The position numbers and the translations under genes were made by a program. Shown here piece by piece: positions 50,513 through 62,200 of a stretch of DNA of 64,000 nucleotides. The stretch is from NCBI GenBank assembly GCA_964057225.1, contig OZ059899.1, forward strand, positions 13,640,001 through 13,704,000, given 5' to 3'. Within the stretch, counting starts at the first letter, position 1, and each line of letters begins with the position of its first letter. The notes beneath the pieces are model-generated. The model was not told the DNA's origin, made no database searches, and saw nothing but the letters and a program-made list of their open reading frames with translations. This stretch comes from Auanema rhodensis. Lineage: Eukaryota > Animalia > Nematoda.

Positions 50513-53500
50513 ATGAATATTCACTCTACAGCTCGGCATCTGTTGCTTGAAAGCGGTGGCTCAAAGCTGCTTTTTTCTAAAGAAAATGGAAGGTGTGAAG
50601 AATATTCGTCCAGTGGTAGATATATGACAATATTTCCTTGTTATTTATTGCAATTCGAATATAGATGTAATTCCCGATGCTGTTGAATGTGGCACGTTTC
50701 ATCTCTTTCTTGGTAGGATTGAAATTGAGGGTGTTTATTACTTACTACTTGCAACCCAGTCTGTTTTAGTAGGGTATTTTAGGAATCATGATAAGGTTAA
50801 CATGGTTCCGATAAGGAGTTTGAATCAGTTTACTTGTAGAAATTACCAATTCATCGAATAGATCGTGTAAAAGCCGTTCCTGTGTCTATAGATGAAAAAT
50901 CATTGAAACAGTTACTTGAAGAAAACGGTAACGGTGGAAAATTGAAAGCAGGAACTGAGAAACTCCTGAAGTTTGTACAGGATAAAATAGGTCTGAAAGT
51001 TTGGGTGATGTGAATGATTTAGTAAAACTAATGTACAGGTACACAACCGACTTTTCTGGAAGAAGTCTTACGTATATTCAATGATAATCCTGATTTTTAT
51101 TATTGCCTTGAGCGTGATATCACTTATACAACTGAAAGGTTTTGAGTCAACTTTGACTATGACAAAATGCTTGAATTCTAGGTTTTTTTCTTCTAACACG
51201 AAACCGAGAGATTGTTTTTTTTGGAACAAGCATTTACTCTCCTGTTTAATGGATAACCGTTTAAGTGATGATGTTAGAACGAAGTGGTATTACTAACAAA
51301 TCTGAAAATGTTTGAAACTTTTATCAATCTAGGATTATTCCCGTTGTACAAGGCTTCATTAGAACCGTTGAAATAACACTTCAAGAAGATCCTCAGATCA
51401 GTGCTATGCTTGAAGTAACTTTGATTTCTAGAAGATCCATTAACCGAGCAGGAACTAGATACTTGAGAAGGTTTATCGTTATCCTTTTTGTCAATTTGGA
51501 ATGTAAATATAACAGGGGAGCTGATAATGATGGAAATGTGGCTAACTTTGTTGAGTCGGAGCTAATATTAAATATCTTTGGGCATCATTTATCATTTGTA
51601 CAGGTTCATTTTTACATATAATTGTTGGATATAAAATTAATTTAAGTTAAGTTACATATTTAGTTTGGTATTCAAAATCAAATATTAAATTAAAAGACTT
51701 CAAAAGTAGCAAATTAAAATATTTTTCAATTTTATTTCTTATAAATATGCCAATTTTGGTTCAAATAATCAGTCTCTTTAAAGATTAGAGGCTCTGTCCC
51801 GTTATTTTGGAGTCAGAAAGGACTGAAATATCGTCCGCCACTATCTATTGATAAGCCAATAGAGGAATCACTACCAGTTTTTGAGAAGGTACTTTACAAA
51901 TCATAAAGTGATATTGTAAACAAAATGAAACTTTTCTAGCATATAAGGGAAATTATTAGTAATTATGGACCTTCGTTGATAACAGTAAATTTGGTTGATC
52001 AAACTGGCCGGGAATTGGGTTTAGCGCAAAGTTATATGGAAGTTTGTTGTTTAATCTTTTTTTTTGTAATTATATTGTTTCAGCATGCTTTAAAGCAGAA
52101 GGTTAATAAGCTAACGTTTGTTTCTTTTGATCTTCATAAACATTGTAGAGGTCTTCGTTTTGACAAAGTAATTTGAAACTTTTAAAATTACTTGTAATAT
52201 GATTCTTAAGATTTCTATACTGATCGATAACATTGAAGAGGCTTTAAATGAAATTGGCTTCTGTTGGGTGGACAAAACAGGTGAAACTGTTCAAGTTATA
52301 AATTTGTAATGTAGTTACGTCTAGGTGAAATAGTGCAAGCACAAAAAGGAATTGTGCGAACAAATTGTGTAGATTGCTTAGATCGTACAAATGTTGTACA
52401 GGTTTATCTTACTTTCAAACTTTTCTACATCAATTTCTTTTCAGGGATCTATATCTCAATATGTTTGCATGAAACAGGCTCAACGATTAGGAATATTCGG
52501 TCCTCTTGCAGAACCGCCTGATGTATTGGTTACTGTTCTCCAAGGATTATGGGCTGATAATGGTGATGCTATTTCAACCCAAGTAATCTATTTATCTCTT
52601 TAATCAGCTATACAGTTTGATATTACAGTATGCTGGAACTGCAGCTCTTAAAGGTGATGTAACCAGGTCTGGAGAACGAAAGTTTGCTGGAATTATGAAG
52701 GATGGTTATAATAGTGCCTCAAGGTACTATCTCTCACATGTTCGCGATTCTGCAAGACAAAAGGCCATCAATTTTTTACTTGGCCAACCTGACCAAGGTT
52801 TAATCGTATATTCGTTTGTTTAAATATTTTTGGATTAAGGCTCGGAATCTATGATTGATACGGATTCAGATGAAGATGAAGATGATAATGTTTCACGACT
52901 AGTTAATGAAACTATTCATTTTCTTCTTCCTGAAGGAGAAGTTTTAGTTGGTTAGTGTTTTATTTAGCGTTGTTCCAAAAATAAAGAACTATTTAAGCTG
53001 GCTGGGGTCTTGTTGATGCTCGTGATGATTCTGACAACGTGGATTCTGTAGTTTTATTAACAAGGGCCCGCCTCTTTATTGCTTTGTATGATGACGATGT
53101 CGAGAAATTAATGGATGTTCGAATAATTCCATTAGAAGATATTGAAACAATTGAGGTAGAGCTTTTTCTAAAAATTAGTAAAGCCAAGTGCAATTTAGAT
53201 TGGAAGAACTTCCAGAAATCCCCGAATGCACCTCAGAGTATCTGGAAAAGGGTCTTCTGTTGGTTCTTGGGCCTGGAGACCTTCGAAAACACGCCTGTTC
53301 AATAATGTTGCAATACGAATAAAGTCTACTGATGAAGCTGATGAGTACGCAGAATCTATCGCTGAACAAATATCTGTAGCATACGAAATGTCTCGAGGGC
53401 AAAGTTTAATTATTCAACGACCTGGTCGCATATTAGTCAATGGTCCTGGAGCTGCCAGGTACCCGTTTTCTTTTTACGTTTAAAACTTATTTATCTACAG

Positions 53501-53854
53501 AAAAGCATTAGCTTCGATGACATCCGCATTGAAGTTTAAAACAAAGCGGCCTTCTCATTCTCCTTCTGCCCCACACGGTTAAATTTAGCTATGCTATTTA
53601 TAAAAAAAAATTTTTAAGATGCGCCAAGTAAAGCAGACGATAGTGGTCACTCGACTCCGCGTGGGGATGAAGATAAAAGTGCAGATGTTTCTGAAAATGA
53701 ACAAAATGATGGGGATAAGGTACCTGGCCTTGTTAGTCGTATAAAGGGTCTGAGACCCATATTTGTAAAGCAAAAGCCTGATAATGTAAATGATCCTTTC
53801 GAAAATTTAAAACCACTAATGGATGACTCACTAACCACATTGATATTATTGTAA
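50513..53854 (+). CDS. sac-2: Sac-domain phosphoinositide phosphatase Sac2/INPP5F
   Basis: LISRRSINRAGTRY...GNVANFVESE...RGSVPLFWSQ; catalytic RTNCVDCLDRTN (CX5R); YAGTAALKGD; hSac2 domain in the C-terminal third. Confidence 0.93.
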
Positions 53855-54213
53855 TACCCTAGTCCTTTTTGATCTTATAGTTGAGCTTAATTTAAATTGT
53901 ATATAATACAAATATCATAATCCATTCCCTAAATGTGATGAGCTGTGCTATACATTGTGATTAATTTTACAAGTTTTAATTGCTCTTGAAAAATGTGATA
54001 ACAAATAAAATAGTCACAATAAGTTTTATTCGTATACATTCTCTCGGGAAACCAACCCAAACGAATTGTACAGAAGTACAAAATCTACAATACTTGAAAG
54101 AATAAACGCCGAGTTGACCGCCGCGAGAGAAGAGATACGGGACACTATCTAAGAACAAGGTGAAAACAATTGAAATAGTATCAAAGCTCTTACTAAATCT
54201 AGCTTTACTACAT

Positions 54214-55033
54214 TTACTTCCACTTGTTGTTATCGTAGTCGTAGTGCTTAGCGGGTCCAAGGAATTGACCCTAGAATACATATAATAATAAAAAATAAAA
54301 CAAAATATTGCGTACCTTTTCGAGAACGAGCATTCTCTCAATTTGAGCTTGCTTGTACTCATCCTGGAAGGTAGGTGGAAGCTCAGGATAGACTGAAACA
54401 AATTTGTTTTAAAAACATGATAGTCTGTAACAAAGTACCGGTCTTCTTCAAGAAGGTAGTGTAAAGGGTGGCCAAGGCGAGAACTCCGAAAATGATTCCA
54501 GTGGCAGCCTGGAAAAGCAGAACTCAAAAATAAATAAATCGAAATAAACAAACCTTCCAATATCCGGATGGAGCCTCGAATTCAGAGAGGGTTTGTCTGA
54601 AGGAATAACGGTACACTGAAAGAAACGAATAACAAAAAAACGAAATTCAGAAAAACATACAAGTCTTCTTATCCTCAAGGGAAAGAGACTTCCAGTCTCC
54701 TTGTTCTTTTGAACGGAGTGGCTTGCTTACATCATCTTCCTTGCGGAATCTGATGGCTGGGTACCAGTAATCAAGACGATCTTGGTAGGTCTGAACATTA
54801 CTGAAGATGAAAAACTATTTCAGACAGGACTAACATTGTCTCCGGTAGCTCCGAAACCGACGAGTTCACGGCCAGCACCCTTCTCAGGTCCCCACCAGTG
54901 TTCAACATGGTGTCCACCTTGAAAATTAATAATAAGGCTATATTTAACCAAATTAATTTTTACCAGAGAGGGAAGAGGAAGTCTGGAGAGATCGCACAGC
55001 AATGCGAGGAAGAGCCAGGTTACGCGACAACAT
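54214..55033 (-). CDS. cox-4: Cytochrome c oxidase subunit 4
   Basis: Mitochondrial presequence MLSRNLALPRIAVRSLQTS; GRELVGFG; YQDRLDYWYPAIRFRKE; KEQGDWKSLSLEDKKTLYRYSFRQT; ends HYDYDNNKWK*. Confidence 0.95.
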
Positions 55034-56103
55034 TACCTAAGAAGCAATACATTAAAATGCAAAAAAAGAAACTTTTAGATAACTAAGGAGTAAACGATTC
55101 GAAACTCTGCAACAAGAGAAATAGAAGAAGAACGATGTTTTTGAAGTAAATTATATAGTAATACAAGGTTGGAAATAGGTAAGTTAGCATAGAAAGACTG
55201 CTACTCATTCTCAGCTTTCTTTCTTTCTTCTCATAATTACAATAGAATATAAAATAAGTTATCAATAAATGGCGGATTTTTCAAAAAAAGATGGTCATTG
55301 ATTACACAGGCGGCCTTTATTGGCTGCGTATTCTATGTTTCTTAACAAAAAGTGACAGCGAAATACTTTTTAGCAATAGAGCACATTTACATTTATTATG
55401 TTTATGAAAATGTACTGTTAGCATGAAGAAAGCGTTTTGAAATGACTTCACCATATATAAATTATTTGTGTTTTTCAAAATTTTCTACAATAGCTTAACT
55501 ATACAAGAGTTTCATGAAGAAAATATTTTGTACACCTATATTTGAATTCGGTGTACTCTTTTTCATCTATTAGTTTAAAAGAAATCTCGTTATTTTTAAT
55601 TTTAATATTGAAAATGTTGCTGAGAGAATCATTATTAATGCTATAGAACAAAATTGTTCAATTCTACGATTTCATTTAAGAATTAGAAACAATACGATAA
55701 GATTCCAAGTGAACCCAAGTTTAGTACTTAAAACTTTTATGTATTGAAAGAAATTAAAAAATGATTTGCGTGCAACTCGGTCGTTTCTCAAGCTTAAATT
55801 ATTCAATTTTTTAAGTAGTTTAAGCTTAAGGTTTCTTAAAGAAAGTTGTTGAGAAAACAATTAATTTCATAAGTAAATACCGTACTTCAACTGAATTGCA
55901 CCAGTATTTTAATTTGCACGGTATAACACAAAATTTATATATTGGTTTATTTAAACTTTACGTAAATCTGTGAATTTGTTTCCTATCCTAATGAATCACA
56001 TTAACGAAAAAAGTATTTCAGGTGTTATAAGCTACAGTTGTTCTACGTGTATTAGTCTTAACTTTCTGATTGCTTTAACAATTATTTCTGACACGCATAT
56101 GCC

Positions 56104-57041
56104 ATGGTAACTTGCTATTTACCCGGTGAAATTATTGATGTAGGATGCCTTGATTCATCTAAGAAAATAAGTGTTGGGTAAATTTAATTCACAAAGTCTT
56201 TTCATTTGTTGTTAATTTAGAAATGGAATAGATAAACGTGGTGATCAATACGTAACTTGTCAGCCAGGTCTTGTTAAATTTGTTGAAAACAAAGCATGGG
56301 TTTCTGTACATAGTAGGCGGTACTATCATTTTTAATTAAGCCCTTTATGTTCTTTGGTTTATACAGGTATATTCCCTATAAAGAAGACAACGTTATCGGT
56401 ATTGTTACGGGAAAACAAGGAGACCTATTCAAAATTGATATTGGTTATTCTGATTTAGCTATTGTATGACCATGTTTCAAGAAAAGTTTTGATAATACTA
56501 TATTTTAGATTAACTTTCTTTCATTTGAAGGTGCTACTAAAAGAAATAGACCCAATCTTAAGACAGGAGATATTATTTATGCTAAAGTTGCTGAAGCTTC
56601 ACGACATTTAGAACCTGAATTAACATGTATAGATTCCGTGTCTAGAGCTAAAGGCTTAGGATCGCTATCCAATGGTTTTATGTTCAAGGTAGTGTCTTCT
56701 ATAGGATTTGCTAGATTTATTTGTTGTTTAGGTTTCACTTCATTTAGCCAGACGTTTACTCTCGCCCACAAATATTGTATGCACATGTCTTGGTAAAGAG
56801 TTTCCCTTTGAAATCACAGTAGGGTTAAACGGAAGAATATGGGTTAACACAGAGCATTCAAAATCTGTAATATTAACATTTATTTGAAGTTATTAAAAAT
56901 ATATTTCAGATCATAGTAATTCGACGAATAATTCTCGCTTCTGAATATGTCGGAGATGATGATATTGAATCACTAGTTGCCGAAGAAATAGCGAAATTTA
57001 AAAGCTCTGGAAGAGTGGTTATTGATTCTGATATGAATTAG
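56104..57041 (+). CDS. exos-3: Exosome cap subunit RRP40/EXOSC3
   Basis: [15 protein letters not shown]...[22 protein letters not shown]...EPELTC...[14 protein letters not shown]. Confidence 0.95.
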
Positions 57042-57192
57042 TGTATATATGCAATATTGTTATGTGTTGTTAACCTTTTTGTTAAATTTTTCGCATCATA
57101 TTCTTTTACCAAAACTTTTTTCTTGTGTTCTTACACTTTGGATATCATGAAGATAGTTTATTTTTTTTCTAAATATCCTATTATTTTTTCAG

Positions 57193-58250
57193 ATGGGTGA
57201 AGAGACTATTGCAGAACAACGACGAAAGGAGGATAAGGTGTGTCTCTGGAAACTCTTGTAATTTTAAGCTGTCAAGTTTAGGCCTCATGGGATGCATATT
57301 GGAAGTTGAGAGATGTAGATTCCAAAGGATCTATCTATCCTCGTATGCGCTATTATGTTCACAAAATGTTTGATGGCCCCGCAACTTGGTTTAGAGGTTG
57401 TTGTTATTCTAAACTACTTGTAAAATAATTGTTTTTTCTTCTTAGAGTCTGTAGTCGAGCCTCTTCACAGCAAGAACAAGCTTCCTTATTATCAACGTAA
57501 GTTGGATCGTGTTCCAGAGATTGATGAATGCGGTGTTAATGATAAGGTGAGGGATTCAATATATTTCAATATATAATAGATGTATTCATATTAAGGCTTG
57601 TTTCTATGAGGCTAATGAGCAATTCCGTTTGGATAAGATGGTTGATGGGTTTATCCTTCAAACTCTTCGTCAACGTTTAGATCGTTGTATGCAATACAAT
57701 AATCCTGACCATTCTCCATGTGTTAAGGTAGAATTTTTTTTCTGTTTGAAGTTTATATCAAGTGTTTCAGATGATCGAGGATGTTGAGGAAAGTGAATTA
57801 AACTTCTTCATCAAGTACGGAGAGATGGGAGGTGAAGCCGATGTTCGTGATGCTTACATGAAGCAAAAGCATAGACTTATCTGGGAGAGACGTCATCCCG
57901 AAATTATGGAAGAGAGAGCTCAAAAGTATGCTGAGCATAAGGTAACTGGTAAACTTAGTTTATATAAACAGTTATTGTTTAGGAGAAGTTGGCTAAGGGA
58001 GAATTCGATTATTCTTTCTGGAAGAAGGGTATGTTCTACCAAGACAAAAAGAACTACGAACCACCATATGAGTTCTATCTTTCAAAGGCTCCTATGGAGG
58101 GTGATAAGCCATTGTCTAAGGATTGGAACTATTATAAGCAGGTAATATTGCATTCATAAGATTGGTTTCAAATTTATGTCATTAAAGGTTGCTCAAGATC
58201 CTGAATTCGACAAGGAGCAAGGAAAGAAGTCCGAGTTCCGTCTTTACTAA
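57193..58250 (+). CDS. NDUFB10: NADH dehydrogenase 1 beta subcomplex subunit 10 (NDUFB10/PDSW)
   Basis: FDGPATWFRE...PYYQRKLDRVPEIDEC...CFYEANEQFRLDKMVD...RLDRC...KYGEMG...AYMKQKHRLI. Confidence 0.92.
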
Positions 58251-58425
58251 GAGATTGTTGTGTCTTAGGATTGGATGTCTCGTATATGATAGAGTTTGTA
58301 GATTAAAATTAAATTCAAATGAAGTTTCTGCAAGATAGATGTGTTGTGATGCGTTCGCTCGCCTTTTATTTTAGTATTAATTCAGTCCCTATATATGGAT
58401 TTTGGAGATAATCTTTAGAGTAAAA

Positions 58426-59177
58426 ATGTTTCGAAATTCCTTGAGATTATTAAAAGAATATCAACAAGGCCAGTATAATGGTAAAGTAAGGTTATTCGAA
58501 GGTGTATGTTTAGAATGAAGTGCAATTGTTTTCTAGGGAATATTTTTACTATATAAGTCATGAAGGATTTTTATTCTTAGATGATAGTAGAATGAAAAAT
58601 TTTACGGCTGCATATAGAGGTCGGGAAGTTCTGAAATATCATATGTGCAAATTTGTATTGGTATTGCAGATGTACCATTTTTAAATTTTTTTTATAAAAA
58701 CTTACGTTTTAACGAAACTAACAGATACAAGGTTTGCTTGCATCTAAGCCTCGCCGTAATGAAAGAAACTTGGAGTTTAGGACTCGTTTATATACTTGAG
58801 TAAATGTGGGAGAGAACATAACTATCTGCGTTGTGATGATAGACCTATTGTATATACTAAACTAGACGAAGACTGTTCACAACTGCAAATTGGCGGATCT
58901 ACTATGAAAGTTCGATTTGAGGTAAAGTATTGTCTAATTTTAAGGTTGTAAAACAAATTTATAGCCCTCCAAGCTGTTTATGCTAAGTAATGGACGATTA
59001 TACCATCCTGCGTCTTTCGATACCTACGGCTTGGTGAAATCTACCTTGGCTGATTCCATATTTCCAATGTTTCGTTTCGATAACGATGGCTATCCAACTA
59101 CAATAAAATGGAAAGGACAAGAATTAACATTAGATAATACTATGCGATTTTTGATTGAAAAAAGTAAATCTTATTAA
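58426..59177 (+). CDS. UPF0598 / C8orf82-family protein
   Basis: YQQGQ...REYFYYISHEGFLFLDDSRMKNF...CGREHNYLRCDDRPIVY...NGRLYHP. Confidence 0.9.
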
Positions 59178-59272
59178 ATAGTGTTGTTTTTGAATCTTAT
59201 CAATGTTTCATCTTTGCGGCATATTTTTAATTTATCGATTGAATTATTGTCAATCTATCTCATTTCTCAGTT

Positions 59273-62200
59273 ATGACATCAGATTCAACAGTATGGGCAC
59301 CGCGGAAAACTTTGAATACTTCTGGCTTGAATGTGGTATGCTCTAAGCTTCTTGATGTGTTGGAAGTTCAAATTTCAGAGCCAATGTGATGTAGATGTGC
59401 AAATTATATTCTGTGTTGATGGTTTAGGGAATGGAGAGCAGTTCTCTGAAAATGAGCGACGAATTCAATTAGACGTCTTTAATGTTTGGTTTTGTTTTCT
59501 TTAAGTATTTATGTTCATCATTTTCCAGAAGCTTACAACGGCCGGCGTTGAACCTCTTTGGATACCTGCTGATGAATGTATGCGAGTTTCAGCTCATGAT
59601 CCCAATTTTTATGTTTTTCCAACATTCCGTGGTGCTGCCTTTGAACACTTATGTGAAGCTAAAGTCAAGTACTGAATATATTGTTTAAAAAATATACATT
59701 TTCACATTTGAGGATTATTGGAGCCTCTCTTGTCTGTCAATGTCTTACCGAAGGAAAATCCATACCAAAATGGTCACATCCTGTTTTTTCTTTAAATTTA
59801 TCCGGTGCCAATGTATGCTTTACAGGCCTTTCATCTGAAATGAGGGTTGGTGTTGTTGAACTTTTCTAGTAATACTGTTTGACTTATTTAAGAATCATTT
59901 ATCCAATTTGGTAAGATGGATGGACGGAGTTGTTTCATATGCTTTTACTACTAATGTCACTCATTTAATAACTGATAAATGCGTTTCAAGTGCTCCCAAA
60001 TATAAAGTAAGTGGTACTGCATGGTTTTCTAACTATTCTTCTATTTGAAGGTGTCTAAGCATCATAAGTTACCGGTAATGTCACCTCGATGGCTTGAAGA
60101 CGGTTGGGAACGTGCTTTGAAACTAGATATAGTAAAATTAACTTCTAATGAAATTATTAATGCTTTTAAATTGCCATTATTTAGTAATTTGGTAAGGTGT
60201 GAATTTTACGTATAGAAACATTTCTTGGTTGATTTTAGGTTATATGCACTTCGGGTATTTCTGGCCAAGATCGATCAGACATGGGTCGTTTGATTGAATT
60301 ACACGGTGGCAAGAACCCAGGTGATATGAAACGTAACGAATGTACACATCTAATAATGGAGGGAACTTCGGGACCCAAATATAGAAAAGTTTCTAAATGC
60401 ATAAAAGAAAATTAATTTTTCTAGTTTAGGCTCGAGAATGGAATAATATACATATTGTTGAACCTCGCTGGCTGAGGAAATGTATAGAAGAAGGTTACGT
60501 ACTAAGTGAAAAGTAAGCTTCAGCAGATTTTTAGCTTCCGATGCTCATACCATTTGTTAAGACAGTTTGATCCGGCTACTCCACACCTTAGATCAAGTAC
60601 ACAGGCGCCGCATGGACAGGCACCTCCAGCAGAACTTGACTTTAGTTCAATTTTAGGTGTGATATTTATAAAATATTTGTTTTTCTTATATAGAACATTA
60701 AAGGATCGGCAAAAGTTCCGTTAACGTCACAATCGTTCAATGCTACGATGGATAAGGATAAAGTCGACAAAACTAGTACTCCTGCTACAGCAACACGGTT
60801 TGTGATTAATACGTTGTATGAGTTTATTTATTGTTTTTGTAGGCCTAAGTTTATTCGTAAAGAGAGTAGCAGGCAAGTCAATGCTACGATCCTAACCGAT
60901 CCTATCGATAATTTATCAGAAATGAGTTATCGAGGAGATTTTGATTTCTTGGAGGTTGTTACAGCTAAGAGTTCATTAAATCGAATATTTCTTCTGTAGG
61001 GTTGCTTAATATGGTTATGTGGAGTGCAAGAGAGCCGAGTTGAGAAATGGAAAAGAGTTCTCGATAGGTAACTTAAAAATGCTTTAAAAGTTAAAATAAT
61101 TTTTTAAAGATGTGGTGCCACGCGTGTGGTAAAATCCGATAACGCTACTCACATAGTAGTTTTAAACGGAGCAGAAGAAAAGAAATCCTTGTTTGATGCT
61201 CGAAAACGGGGAGCTGTTATTGTAAAACCTGACTGGATCATTGAATGTGTACAAAAAAAGGATTTGATGCCAGTCGACGGTAAAATCTCTATTCTAGGCT
61301 TATGGCCATAATTCATTACATTATTAGATTATATTTGGACTGGAGAGTCTAACACTAGAAATACTAATGTTTCTGTTGTCGCTACAACTCTCATTACCAC
61401 TAATACCTCTGTTGCCAATAACACACTAGAAACTCCTAGAGTAGATTGTTTTTTTAGTAACTAAATTTGTTGTTTGATTTATTAGGAGGCTGAGCCTATC
61501 TTTTCTGCTGGACCTTCTGGAAATGCCATAAATTTGAATTTGAAATCTCAGATTTCAAGCAATGTGTCTTCACTATCCTCCGAGAGAGATAATTTTATTT
61601 GTAATAAAATTTTCGAGTAAGTTATAAGAAATTTTATATTTTGAAAACTCATGCTTTAGGGGTCTTAAATTCCGCTTCCGGGGTCTATCAGCAGAATCTG
61701 TTAGGAATTGGTCCGTGGAATGTAGAAAAGCTTCAGGTACTAAAGTATCCAAACTTTTAATATTTTTTACCTTTTTAGGAATTGTTCTACCCGATTCTAG
61801 CAATGCTATCGCAGACTATCTTATCACTGCTCAAGTCGAATATGGAGTTCTCATTTCTCCAGTTGATGGAAAATACTGTTCTATCGTAACCGAATGTTGG
61901 CTGGTATTTCCTCTTTAGCTTTAGTTAATATGCAAGAAAAACTATTTTCAGAGAACGTGCATAGCAAAATCTCAGTTGATTGATAAAACTGCTCATCCTC
62001 TGTTTCGTCCCATTCCTGCTGTTCAAGGAAGTACGATATTTGAGACAGCTGTACTAGGATTTCTAGGTTTAGAACCTTATGAGAAGGTTTTTGAAGATTT
62101 ATAAAGAGCAACTGTGGACTTGATGCATTTCAGATACCTTATACTGAGCTGATTTTAACTTTCGGAGGCCGTGTAGAATGTTCAATTGTAACTAAGCCTA

